From Pseudovirgaria hyperparasitica (taxonomy: Eukaryota): 64,000 bases of DNA. The DNA lies in NCBI GenBank assembly GCA_010093815.1, contig ML996594.1; one strand, 5' to 3'. This document shows positions 13,301-27,046 of this stretch, piece after piece (position 1 is the stretch's first letter; each line of letters starts with the position of its first letter). Position numbers and translations under genes: made by a program. The notes under the pieces are model-generated. The model was given only the letters and a program-made list of their open reading frames with translations, was not told the origin of the DNA and made no database searches.

Positions 13301-13958
13301 TAAACTTACTTCTAAACGGATACTACGTTAAACTATTACCACGGTAGCTACTCTCTAACGCCTCTACGACCTTAGCGAAAGGTTAGACTATGAATTTTCT
13401 TAAACACCTTTAGGACGGTACTACCTTAGCTTAAGCGGCTATTACCTAGGCCGAGTAGCGTTTCTAAGACTTGGTAAACCGGTTACGACGCCCGGCTAAG
13501 CGTTTTAAGATTAGTAATATAGTATAGTTCTCTCTCCGGAACGTAAAGACTAACTACCCGAGCCGGAAGCTTAACTAGCTATAGATAAAATACCGGGTTA
13601 TAGTCTAATCTACCCTCTTAATAGTAACCCTTAACCTCCCCGGAGACCTTTATAAAACGGTCTATATAAGTCTTATTAAGCGCGCCGTAGAGGACCCCCT
13701 ACCTAGCTAAGAGTAGCTTAATACCCGCCTAGACCCGGCGCTTAAGCTTAACGAAGTAGACGAGGACGTCGCGGAGTATAAGATTAAGAACATTCTATAT
13801 ATAAAAAATACACGGGGGTAGAATAAGCGATAGGTGCTTATAAAGTAGAAAGGTTAGTTATAACTAATATAGGTTCTACTTAAGGACGTAGAAGATACCG
13901 AGGCGCTAGACCGGTTTAAGTCTAGATATAGCGACGCTCGATTATATAACGGCCTATA
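10400..13958 (+). pseudogene. pol: pol relic of Gypsy A (PR, RT, RNase H, integrase, chromodomain)
   Basis: De-RIP ALVDTGC at 10405-10425; YLDD (tat ctt aat aat) at 11515-11526; NYTIHDKELL at ~12070-12100; ISMDF at ~12870; chromodomain EYEIE..VKWKG at ~13775-13855. Confidence 0.85.
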
Positions 13959-15836
13959 ACTCTAACGTATCCCTAAGTAGTAATATTACTCTACTATTAT
14001 AGGTCTACAGCGGCCCTAATAACCTAATATAAGAGTAGAGATTTTAGAAAAGAGAGAAATAAACGCTAAACGCTAGTACCTAGTATAACCTAATAATAAA
14101 CTAATACCCGCCTTAAGATATAAAAAGGTTATTTACCTAGCCCTACCCTAGGTTTACACGGCGCTAGGGCCGGTACTATCCTTATCCGTAAGTCTTAATA
14201 TAAGGTTAGTTACCTAGTCCTCCCCTAGGCCGTCTCCTAATAGCGGTAGTAGCTATTAATCTAGGCGGGTAGTAAGGGCGAGTTATACTTATCTACGGGA
14301 GGGTTATAGCGGGAGTAGGCCGGCGACTAATAGCGGTATAACGCTTAACGATCCTCGTAGGAATAGTACTAACGGCTACCCGAGCGATAGCGACAATTAT
14401 ATAATTAGTTATAATAGTTATATAACCAGTTATAACGGTGGGGAGACCAATTACAGTAGGTAGAGGACCGGCTATAACGCTCGTAGAACCGGGAGTAGTT
14501 ATAGTAGCGAGGAGGGGTCCGGAGCTAATAATAAGATAGTAAGAACTTATAAGGAGGGGCGGCAATAGAGAGCTAGGGGGGCCTAATAGAGCGATAGCGA
14601 GAGCTCCGAGTCGGTAACTCCCTATAGCCTATAGACCGGGGTCGGCGCGAGCGGCTACTACCTAATAAGGGCTCCTTATCCTCTATAACTATCTAAGTAA
14701 TAAGGCGGTGAGATAGTAGCTCTACTAGGCGGGCTAACCCGGACGCGACTTACTATATAGTGCCCTACGTCACGCGTTAGAATAGGTATTTAGGCTTATA
14801 AAGCTTATATACCTATAAGGTACTAACACTAGTGCGTAGCTTACCTATCTAGGCCTTATTATAGGATATATACTAATTTATCTAGTAAATCACGCTACTA
14901 ATCTAGCTATGGTTACTACTACCGTAATACGGCGGCTTAAACGACGTTACGGCGCTATAATAAGGCGTTATAGGAGCCTAACTAATGATACTAGTATTAT
15001 ATCGCATAATATAGATAATCTCTAAGTTAGACTTATAGTCCTTATATAGGTAGTAGAACTTAGAGTTTATACGCGGCTACTTACCGGATAAAGGCTTTAT
15101 TAGGTCTAGGCCGCGACTATCACGGTCCGTTATATAGCTAAAGTTATTATTAACTAACTCGTGTATAAACTTTTTAAGACGACTCTACGCCTTACGTAAG
15201 GCCGGGTACGTGGCGAGCTCCTTAGTATTCTATAAGTAGATCCCCTTTAACGTATAGTACTTTATATAGTTAGTACCGCGGCTAGACTTATAGCTACGCT
15301 CTAAGATTAGTAGACGCCGCCACGGCGTAGAGACGGTATATACCTAAGCACCCTAGTTTTCTCTAGAGCCTTTATATATATACGATATACGAAGTACACG
15401 GACTTAGTACGCTTATCTTCTAACGAGTTACCCTCTATAATATATAGCCCTATATAGTAAATAGGCTTAGTCTATCGGGGTATAGTAGAAGGAATAGTCT
15501 ATCTAGTTAGCATAAGGAACGGCGTAGGGATAGGACCCACTCACGGTACGATCGGCTAGTTCCTAGCGCCTAGGCGCGCGACAATCATTAGGGTCTTAAC
15601 CTCTAGCACCTATAGCTACCACCAAGACGGCGCCGGCTTCTATAATAGAACTATTTAGGCCTAGAGCACTTATAATAATAGTATAGAAGCTGCGAGGTGG
15701 TATATAAGTTTACTAATATTATAGTAGCTACTACGCGGTATTAAGATAGTAGACATAAGGGTAGTTAAGGAAGAAGAAAGTCGCTAGGCATAGGACCTAT
15801 ATACTCGCGTTAGGGAAAATCGTATAGGCCGGGGTA

Positions 15837-16080
15837 GAGCCGGTCCTAAAATAGATAATAATAATAATAAACGCGGGTCGTGCGTAAGCTACTCTACTAC
15901 TACTATATAACCCCTAGCCTAGAGAAGAGCCGGTCTCGAGATAGATAATAATAATAATAAACGTAGATCGTACGCAAGCTACCCTACTACTACTACATGA
16001 CCCCTAGCCCGGAGAAGAGCCGGTCTTAAGATAGACGATAATAATAAAACAGGACGCGCGGTTCGTACGTAGGCTACCCT
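15837..16080 (+). repeat. ~3 tandem 90-bp repeats in the 3' region of Gypsy A
   Basis: GAGCCGGTC recurs at 15837, 15927 and 16017. Confidence 0.85.
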
Positions 16081-16104
16081 ACCTTTACATAACCCGACGC
16101 GGCA

Positions 16105-16340
16105 CGCCATGATATAAGGAGCCTATCTCTACCACGTAACCGCTATAACGCAACCATAAGATTCTACTACCTTATAATTATATAACCTACGACGCCGTGA
16201 TATAAGGAATCTACCTCTACTACGTAACTACTAGAACGTAACTATAATATACTACCACGGTATGACCTAATAACCTATAACGCCATAGTATAAGGAATCT
16301 ATCTCTACCACGTGACCGCTAGAACGCTACTATAAAAAGC
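16105..16340 (+). repeat. ~3 tandem 88-bp repeats in the 3' region of Gypsy A
   Basis: CGCC(A/G)T..TATAAGGA recurs at 16105, 16193 and 16281. Confidence 0.85.
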
Positions 16341-16484
16341 TACCACCTTACTAGAAGAAATATATAGCCCTATAGTTATTATATAGTACGATATAAAGAC
16401 CGTAAACCCAAGACCTAACTAAGCTAGTTATTATTACATAAAATACCAAGCCGGTCCCTAGGATAATCCTAGAGAATAAGGGTA

Positions 16485-16686
16485 TGTTATGGACTTCGGC
16501 TTTACCTTATCTCTAGTATTATATAACGGAGCCGGGACGGATAGAGACTACTATAGGGGTATCACGTGACCTCGCTTAAAGACTATACTTAAAGCTATAA
16601 CCATACGGCTTATCCCTACTCTCCTAAGTTAAATTATAATATATCTTAATGACTATTGTAGTAATACCTTGGTTATATCTATTATA
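16485..16686 (+). repeat. 3' LTR of Gypsy A (202 bp)
   Basis: Starts TGTTATGGAC; direct repeat of 3333-3535. Confidence 0.92.
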
Positions 16687-17341
16687 AGAGTAAGCTATCT
16701 ATAAAGATCTACTTATAGTCTACTTTAGTCTATAATAACTTATCTTACTATATTTTATATAACTTTAAAACTATTAGATCTATCTTTTATAGATCTATAA
16801 TTAACTAGATAAGATCTACTTAATATATATACTAGGTACTATTACCCTCTCTAATAGTACTAATAAATAGCTTACTAGAGACTTTAGTACTATATCTTTA
16901 GTTACTAGCTTTAGTCTTATAAATTTAATTACTAGTATTAGTATTAGTATCTTACTAATTATTAGATAACTTATTATCTAATCTTATTCTTAAGAGTTAG
17001 ATCTATAGCTACTCTAGAACTCTATAGCTACTATAATTCTAGGTACCTTTTTTATAGTTAGGTCTTCTTAATATTCTATTAGCTAGATTTATACTTCTAG
17101 ATTAATAGTAGATTATAAAGTAGAAATTTAGAAGCTACTTAGTCTATTAAATCTATTAATAATTTAAAACTATTATACTTATAAACCTCTTTAAGTTATA
17201 GTAATTACTTAATAACTTAATATTATATATAGTATCTTAAAGATAATATTACTACTACTTAAATAACTCTACTATTACTAGTAGCTCTTAGTTATAAATA
17301 GTATATCTAGTCTTAATATTAGCTATCTTATATAAGAAGAA

Positions 17342-17371
17342 NNNNNNNNNNNNNNNNNNNNNNNNNNNNNN
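17342..17371. other. Assembly gap
   Basis: N run. Confidence 0.99.
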
Positions 17372-20142
17372 TCTTTAATCTTCTTAAAGGATATTCTTTT
17401 AACCTCTATTAATTTAATAGATTATAACTTAATATTATACTATTTCTATCTACTATAGACTATAATAGATAAATTAGTAGTAATAGTATATATATTAAGT
17501 AGTACAGCTAAACAGAAGAAGTATTTAATAAATTTTTAATAGTAGTTAGTAAAGCTAATAAAGATATATATATCTTAAACGGATTTTAGTTTAGACTAGT
17601 CTATAATAGTAGTAACTCTATCTCTCTCTATAGTTATACCTTAGTTAATAATAATAAAGCTAAGAAAGTTAATATAGTTCTAGTGGAACTTATATTTAGA
17701 TAGCTAAATATATAGCTTATACTTTTCTAGTCTATCTAGAACTATATATATATACTAGATTTACTTCTTCTTATTATCTAAGAAGATAAGAATATTATCT
17801 AGGTATATAATATATATTATATTAAGTAGATCTACTAGTATATTATAAATATATACTTAAAAGATACCTAGTATATTAGTTAGTCTAAAAGAAACTATAG
17901 TATACTTAAAGTATCTATAATAGATTCTAAAGGCTATTTTCTATTTATTATCCTCCTTAATATAAAGGCGATAGTAGATATTATATAGATTAAGCTTAGT
18001 AAAGATCTTTATACATTCTAGTCTATTAATAGACTTAGAGATAAGAGGTAGTAGATAATAATTCTTTTATATAATATTATTTAGACTATAGTAGTTAATA
18101 TATAGATAGAGGCTTCTATCCTTCTTCTTTATAAAGAGAATTAGAGCTCTAGCTAGAAATATATTAGATCTAATCTATTCTTATATAAGATTCTTTTTAA
18201 TATATTCTTAAAGAACTTATAATTTAGATTCTAAAAGAGGGTAGATAGATCTATATAGAGGCTACTAGCTATCTTTAAGATTAATAGTAAGGTTAGTAGA
18301 TTAGTATTAAGGTAATTTAGAGAAATTAATCGCTAATATAATATATTAGTATATTTTATACTAATATAGTAGGTTTTTATCTACTTTAATACTAAGCTTA
18401 CTATTTTAGATAAGTAAGAGTATATAGATAGTAGAAATTATCTTCTTATAATCTTTCTAGAATTATTTATTATTAATAAGCTATACTAGTTTCTATTAAG
18501 GTAGGTTTATATACTAGCTAGCTATTTTCTTAAGGAAGTCTAGTTTTAGGTTATATTTCTTAAGTTATAGTATATCTAGAATTATATTTAAGGGACTATC
18601 TACTATAATAAAGGTTAAGTAGTAGGGTTTCTATTTCTCTCTACTATCCTAGATACTATATTTAATAGTATAGGTACTATATAACTTAATAGAACTATTA
18701 ATACTATAGAATATAGTATCTTCTAGAGCTTAGATATTAGTATTAAGTTCTTATACTTATTAGATTAATATAATATTAGTAGCTAAACTATTATTAAGTA
18801 TTATAGTCTAATATTATCTAGAAGAATATTAATAGGTCTAGCGTATAGTTTAATATACTATTTAGCGGGTTATCTCTCTATTATAGTTATATCTATAAGT
18901 TATAAGGGTTTCTTATAGACTATTAGTTTTTTATATTTTATACTAGTTAGTTAGGTATAATATATTCTAGCTACTAGTACTTATAATATATAACTAATTA
19001 GTTAGTTATATTAGTACTTAGTAGTTTCTCTAAATAGTACTTAAGTACTATATAGTCTATTCTACTATAGATATAGTAAGTAACTTTAGATTATTTATAT
19101 AAGTCGATTCTTATATCTTAATATATTAATTAGTAGAGAGATCTATAATATAATTCTTATGGTTTTAAGTTTAACATATAGTAGTAGCCTTATAATATTC
19201 TATGAGATCTATTACTAAATCGGTTTTAGTTAGATAATTTTATATTAGATTAGATTATTAGAGATAGTTATATACTAGCGCGGTATTAGTTATTTATTAT
19301 ATACTAGTATTACTCTATAAGATTTATAAGAGCTTAGAGGTCTATAGAGATTATTATTATAAGATTAAGATAGTTCTTTATATTTAGAGTAAGGAACTAT
19401 TTAAAGTTATTATATTATTAAATTATATAATCTTCTTTAGCTTCTCTCTAGAGAGACTAAAGGTATTTAAGAAGTTATAATAGTAACTAATTATCTTATT
19501 ATTAAGTCTTAAAGATATAGCCCTAGATCTAGTTATATTATTTAGCTCTATTACTAAAATATTAGAGAAGGAATTTAGTAAATATATTCTAGTTATAGAT
19601 ATTCTTAGAGTATTTAATTTAGTATACTATCTAATATTCTAAAGGTATTAGATTAAGATAGTTCTAGATAAATCTAATTTTATTACTATTATTTATAAAT
19701 AGATAAAAGAATTAGCTATATTAATAGATCTATATATAGAAGCTCTTTCTACTTTTACTATTAACGTAAGATAGTTTCTTAGATTAGAGTAATTAAGATA
19801 GTAGTAGACTAGAATAGACCGTTTTAGTTAGTATAGATCTATATAAATATAGATTAGTTATTACTAGGACTAAAGTATATAATATAGCTTTAAGTCTTAT
19901 AGTATATTCTTAAGCTTTATCTAGTTTATATAGTTATTACTTAAGTTAAGTCTAATATTATCTCTCTTTATATAGTCTAGTATATATATTATTATAAGAT
20001 ATAGTTAATATTAGATAATTCTAATAGATTAACTTATTAATATTAATAGGGTCTAGCCTTATATTAGAGTTAGGTCTAGTATAGTTTAAACTAGACTAAG
20101 ATAGAGTATAATAGACTCTATCCTTTATTAGGAAAGATACGG

Positions 20143-20520
20143 TACTTCTAGTACTTCTAGGTCTTCCGGTACTCCTAAAGTTATCCTAAATAGGTCCCGG
20201 TACTTCTAGAGTTATTCTATTTCTCCTAGAGTTGTTCTAGTACTTCTTAAGTTATTCTAGTCCTTCTAGAGTTATTCTAGTTCTTATAGAGCCGTCCCGG
20301 GTCTTCTAGAATTATTCTATTAAATATTAAGAAAACGTTTAATCCCGTTATATACCGGCGTATATTAGAATATTCTATTATATACTAGTATATAATAGTA
20401 ATACTACTTTATATTATAACTATATTTTAAGTATCTAGAAATATTCTATAATATACTAGCGTATATTAGAATATTCCGTTATATACTAGTATATATAGTA
20501 AAGTCCTACTATATACTAGT
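20143..20520. repeat. Left subterminal repeat arrays of the TIR element
   Basis: ~20-bp units like CTTCTAGAGTTATTCTAG at 20143-20320, then longer units containing TTATATAC(C/T)(G/A)G(C/T)(G/A)TATA at 20343-20520. Confidence 0.75.
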
Positions 20521-20569
20521 ATAGAATAAATATCTTATTTCTCTTTATATATAGATATATATAGATATA

Positions 20570-23500
20570 TAATTATAAGTAAATAGCGGTTCGTATTTAT
20601 ACTACTATACTATCTAGTCTCTTAGAAGCTACTTAACTAACTACCTTACTTACTTCTATATCTCTATAGAATTACTAAAGTATACGCCTAATACTAGTAT
20701 ATTAGATATAGTTATTACTACTAACTATAGCTATATCTTCTTTTTCTAGGTCTAAGGCTTATTTTCTTATACTTTTAATTATCTAGTCTAACGTGGTAAG
20801 TCTACTCTTAACCCCTAAATAGTCTAAAACTAAAGTATATATATATACTATAGACTAATATTATCTATAGTAATAATATCTTATACTTATCTATAGCCAC
20901 GTCTCCTTATATAGATATTAGTCTACTAATATAATATAACTAGTAACTATTAGATCTTATCTCTTATAGACTTATAAAGCTAAGACTAGTAAAATATATA
21001 GAGAATCTAACTTATTTAATCTAAAATCTTAGTATACCTTATCTATACTAGACGTACTTAGACCGGCTAGTAAATATACTAATATTTTCGATTTTACGTA
21101 TGAACGTAGTACCTATATATATATTAGTAAATTATATTACTAGTAAGTACTAATATAAATACTTACTATATATAGGAATATTATAGTTACTAGTATAGTA
21201 GATATAATTACGATTTTCTCTAGTTAGTTAGTAAATGTTTAATATATATATTTAGTATTTTTATTATAAATCTTTTTATTAATAAGCTTATAGAGCTAGT
21301 TTACCTTTAAAGTAACTCCTTTTAAAGCTAGTAAGATTATATTCTTTTATATACTATTATCTAGCTAGGGGAGTAATTCGCGCATAGGATTAACAATTAC
21401 TCTATCTAATATACTATTATTATCTATTAACAGACGTATAAGCCTAATTTTAATATATTTCTTACTTATTCTTTTATTAGTAAGGTATATAAGTAGTATA
21501 TATATAGTAGCTAGCCTAGCCTTATAGTAGTACGTATTATACCTAAGCCCGTTTAATTTACTCTAGGCGATAGCTTATTTAAGAAGCCTTTAGCCTTTAT
21601 TCTTATATAACTATATAACCCGCTTCTCTATATCTATAGTAGTAATATATATAATATCTACTACTAGGGTTACTATTATAGATAGATAGTTCTTTCTATT
21701 AAACTACTTACTTAGTAGTCCCCTTTATAGAATAAATAGTAAATACTAATTAGCTACTATTCATAGTATATACTTACTATCTATAGTTTCTAATACTATA
21801 CTAACTATACCGGCTATTATCTCCGCCGGCTTATTTTTCATTTAAGAGAGAAGTTTATTTAACTATATTATAACTATCTTTCTTATAGATCTCTTCTATA
21901 TACTCTTAAATACTAATTTAGTATTATTATTATTAATATAGTTAGATAACTAATCTAGAATACCTATTTTAATAGCTAATAGAATATCTAATAGACTATT
22001 TAAGAGGGGCGTTATACTAATCTATATACTAAATATAAAGGGATTAAGTTGCGTATACCTATACTATTTTATTATAGGTTTTTTTAAGGTATAGAACTTA
22101 TCTACTATAAATATACTAATAAATACTATATTATAAGTTTAAATAATATTAGCGCTAAATTTTTTCGCCTTCTTCTCTTTTAGAACTATATATCTAGTAA
22201 AGTTTATAATATATTAGATCTCTATACTTTAGATAGTAGTATAGACTATATTATTCTTCGTATATTATAATAGAAATTTAATAGTAGCGGTCTTATTAAC
22301 GCGAATTAACTACTCCTTAGTAATATACTTCTTACTAGTCTTATATTTTATAGAATTACTAATATTATTATAGTATTTCTATTCGGGGTTAGGGTACCCC
22401 TTAGCTAGATAGTATATATCTATAGATAAGAGTTATCGGATATTAGAGGTATTAAGAAGGGTTTTTAAGTATATTAACTATACTACTATCTTTATTAGAT
22501 TCTATTTATTAATTTTATTAGCGAATATACTATCTATATTATAGTATATCTAGTTAAAGCGCTATAGCTAATATAATACTAGAAGGTTTCTTAGATAGTA
22601 TAGTATAAATAGTTCTTAGAGGCGGGGTACCTTACTAAATTTATTAGTCTAGCTATATAGATATTTAATCGGATATAGAGGTTATATTAGGTACTTTCTA
22701 TCTATATCTAGGTCTTAAGTTAGTAGTAGATACTTTTCTAGATATAGTTCTATATTATTATATAGAAAGTTCTAATAGAATATAAGGTAGATAAACGTTA
22801 TAAGTATAATAGTCTTCTCTAGCCTTAGACTATCTACTAAGATCTAGTAGTTCTATAGATCTATCTACTACTTAAATATAGTAACTACTATAAGTAATTA
22901 GCCGGTCTATAGTCTATATAATCTACTTATACTAAAGGCTAGATATAGAATAGATATATAGCTAAAGTCCTTTATTAGATTATCTAGTATAAGCCTAAAT
23001 ATACTTATAGTAAGTAACTATATCTCTTCCGTATAATAAGAGATAGCTTAGATTACTTTATTAGAGTTATTAATAATAAATACTCTATAGATATATTAGT
23101 ATAGTAGTATATATTTCTACTTACTACTTAGTATAACTTATACTTTCTAAAGTTTTATACTAAGGTTATTATCTACCGGAAGATTATTATCTATATCTAG
23201 TTTTACTTTATCTTTATTAGACTTATTATCTAGAGAATAGATAATAAAGATAATATTATCTACTAATATATTATCTAATATATCTAATATATTTCTACTA
23301 TATAAATCGTCTATTAACCTAATTAGATTCTAGTACTTAAGTATCCGCCGGTTAATATCTAGTAGTATACTATATTCTAGTTTTAAGTGTTTAGGAGAAT
23401 CTATAGAGTTTACTATATTATTTAAGAGTATTCTCTTTACTACTAGTAGCTATAGATAAGCTTTACTAGTATCTAGAGGTTATTATATAATTATCTAAGT

Positions 23501-24230
23501 TAGTAATTATAGCTATATCTATCTTTAATACTACTCTAATATTAGTATCTAGTACTAAGTATATATATATATCTAAGTATACTTATTATATTATCTTCTA
23601 TTTTAGTATCTTCTATATTCTCTTTCTCTTTATATTCTAATAGTAACTATAACTATATATCTATAGCTAGTATATTTATATATATATAAGCTTCGCTAGA
23701 TATAATAGTACTTATAGAGAGATTATCTAAGTTAGTAATTATAGCCGTATCTATCTTTAATACTACTCTAATGTTAGTATCTAGTACTAAGTATATATAT
23801 ATATCTAAGTAGTATATATATATATCTAAGTATACTTATTACGTTATCTTTTATTTTAGTATCTTCTATATTCTCTTTCTCTTTATATTCTAATAGTAAC
23901 TATAACTAGGTATCTATAGCTAGTATATCTATATCTAGTTTAGCCTCTATTATATCTATAGCTATAACTATTAGTACTAACTTACTATCTATAGCCGCGA
24001 TATACTAATTAAATTCTTTAGTAATAGTGTCCTTAACTATTCTAATAAGTATAGTAGTATCTATACTACTATTTTTAAGCTCTTATAATACTTTTCCGTG
24101 TACTATCTTAATAATAGTATCTCTATATATACTATAACTTATTTTAGATAGTTAGTATAGACCTTAGAGGTACTAGATATATAGTAGAAAGACGCTAATA
24201 CTTAAGGCCTCCGTACGTTATACGTGTATA
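20570..24230 (-). pseudogene. SNF2-family (SF2) helicase/ATPase relic
   Basis: One frame gives de-RIP ILADGPGLGKT (22811-22843), IVDEFH (DEFH 22091-22102), WISATP (22007-22024) and EKIVIMS (21200-21220). After a 54-nt GTAAGT..CTAAT..AG intron (21113-21166) come motif V EG.DLTVAS (~20935-20970) and motif VI Q..ARCHR.GQ (~20860-20895). Ends approximate. Confidence 0.8.
23490..23933. repeat. ~190-bp direct duplication (period ~232) in the 5' part of the SNF2 relic
   Basis: 23490-23680 is repeated at 23722-23933. Confidence 0.85.
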
Positions 24231-25459
24231 TTATAGTTAGCTATTCTATAGCTAGTAGTCGAGCTAGAATAGTCGTAACTCTTACTATACTTATATATTT
24301 CTATATATAACTTAGGTTATAGGTAATAAGATAGAGTTAGTAGTAATAAGAGTTAAAAACTATATTTAGGCGGTAGAGGTTAAGTTACCGCGTTTACTAA
24401 TTATAATATAATTTTATAAAGTATAGAGAAAGTAAAGTATATAAGTAAATATTTAATTATTAGTATAGATCTTATATAAATATAATCATAGTAATAATAT
24501 AGCTAGTAGAACCGGGTATATACTAATATAAAATAGATAGACACCGGCTTATACTAGTATATTAATGTCTTAATTAAATATACGTGCTATAGTTATATAG
24601 CTAGTAGAATTAGATATATACTAATATACTATAGGTAGAACCTATCTTATATTAGTATTATATTACCTTAGCTAAATACGCACGCTACTCTTACTATCCC
24701 TAGTATCCTTTTTAATCTTCTATTACTCTTTATAATTAAGATCTATATTATCTATAACTAAGGTACTTCTAAGACTTTTAAAGTTACTATCTTTAGAGCT
24801 TATAGATTAGTCTTATGGCTTTCTAGATACTAATAGTAGTATATATAGTATTACTAGAGGAAGGGTTAAGTCATTTAGATAATACTATCTACTATCTATA
24901 ATACTATCTCTATAGGTATCTCTACTATTATAGATAGTAGCTTTCTATTACTACTATTATACTAGTTATAGTAAGTATAGTATTAGAGATAGAGAGACGG
25001 ATTTATTTAAGTATAACCTATATATAGCCGTCTATACTATTATATATTAGTTACTAGTTTATATTTCGTTTTACTTTAGATATACTATCTATATTCTATC
25101 TAAGGTCGAGAAGTATTATACTATTACTATATTCTAGAACACGTTTAATTACTAACTATAGAAGCTATCTAATATCTATCTCTAGTTCTATTTTACTTAT
25201 TATATACTTAACTAGTAGTATAATAGAATATATAGTAGTATAGCTCTAGTTAAATACTCTTCTAATCTTTATTATATATTAGACTCTAATTTACTATATA
25301 AATACTACTAAATTAATATATAAAGCGTTACTATAATCTTTCTACTAGTTAGATATAGATACTAGTATTTTAAGGAATATATTATTATTAAATCTAATTA
25401 TAAATTTAATTTTTCTTATAGTATATATATTAGTAGGCTATAGAACTACTATAAGTATA

Positions 25460-25590
25460 GACTATAAGGTTATAGTATATAAGAGCTATAAGGTCGTAAT
25501 AGACAGGGGTTATAAGATTACGATAGATAGAGATTATAAGGTTATAATAGGCAGGGATTATAAGATTATAGAATATAGAGCTATAATTAC
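25460..25590. repeat. Degenerate ~24-bp minisatellite
   Basis: About 5 units containing TATAAG(G/A)T(T/C). Confidence 0.6.
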
Positions 25591-26976
25591 GTGCCTCTTC
25601 TTATACTTAGAGATAGTTTTTCTATAATATATGGTTTTCTATACTATAGTATGTACCTAGTTATAGATATAGTATAGTATCTTTATCTCTATATACTCTA
25701 CTACTCTTTTCTATACTACTAGAAATTTATCTACTATCTTATTAATAATCTTATATACTCTTTTTATACTAAGCTTATTCTTAGTTTAATATCTATAGTC
25801 TATAAGTAGAGTAGCTATATATACTTCTATATATAGCTACCTTATATACGCCTCTATAGCTTTACGCTTTACTTATGTATCTAGACTTAAGATATAAAGT
25901 AGTACTATAGTAATTACTATATTTAGACGGTTACTTTATTATAGAATTAGATTTAATATATTAATTATATATAGTTAATATACATAGTTAATATAGTGTT
26001 TATAATTTATAGACTAATTATATAGTATATATATAGTATATTATAGGCGTAAGAAAGATAGAGATATAGATCGGATAATAGAGATAGAAGCCGGAATAAT
26101 AAGGTATCTACTAGGTAAAACTTATTTATATTCTTATTATTTCTTTAATACGCGTTTATAACACGCACGTAACTTAGTATAGCGTGGTTAGACGTATAGT
26201 TATTTACTTTCTATTATCTAATACCCTTAATAGAATTAGATAGCTATGATTCTTATCTTATAATATTATATTATAGGTAACTATATCTAGAATAGTATAT
26301 AACTATATATATATAAGGTACCGCGTTAGTCTTATTCTATTTTATATTTATATACTTATCTCTAGATACTCTCTAAGTATTATATATCTATATTTTATTA
26401 TATTTAAGTATTATATCCTTCTATGCCTTTAAAGTATATAATATTTAGATTTACTATATTCTATATATATTATAGTTGAAGTCTAAAGGTAGAGGCTTTA
26501 ATTAGAGCGTATGTTTTTTTATATTTTCTCTTTAGATAGTAATATCTCCTAATATAAAGACTAGAAGTAGTTTTAAAAGTATAAAGGGGATAACTAAAGA
26601 AAGTCTATATTATTAGGCTAGGGCTTATAGTAGATATAGAATTATATATTTATTTCTTAGTTAGTAGATATTAGTTAATGTACCTAGTAGCGCTATATTA
26701 TCTAATAGTATATCTATACTAGAGTAGATATAATAGAAATACCCTTAATAGATCTCTAATAGAGCTAAACTATCTATCTAATAGAATATTATAACTATAT
26801 CTAAAATAGATATAGAGATATACTTACTAAGAAGCTATAACTAAGTAGCTCTAATACGTAAGTCTAATTATATACTATTACTAATTAACTTCTATATCTT
26901 TATATATTATAATACTACTATCTTAGTTAGTATTCTCGTAGTCTCTATCGTTCTAGCCGCTAGTAGTTACTTTATT

Positions 26977-27046
26977 AGTAGTATTAGCTCTAGTAGTATT
27001 AGTTCTAGTAGTATTAGCTCTAGTAGTATTAGCTCTAGTAGTATTA
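26977..27046 (+). repeat. 15-bp tandem repeat TAGTAGTATTAGCTC, ~5 units
   Basis: Directly visible; a de-RIP reading QQHQP/L is possible. Confidence 0.85.

Larger units (their letters stand above)
3333..16686 (+). mobile_element. Complete chromoviral Ty3/Gypsy LTR retrotransposon A (RIP-inactivated), interrupted by LINE copy 1
   Basis: Near-identical LTRs at 3333-3535 and 16485-16686; 5-bp TSD AGAGT (3328-3332, 16687-16691); purine-rich tract before the 3' LTR; domain order gag-PR-RT-RH-IN-chromodomain. Confidence 0.93.

Noticed and set aside
14293..14565. 90-aa minus-strand ORF
   Set aside because: Antisense to a Gly-rich low-complexity stretch in Gypsy A; no independent support.
20570..24230. 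CACTA/Plavaka transposase
   Set aside because: Apparent transposase-like fragments were in inconsistent frames; the SNF2 motifs fit one frame in the correct order.
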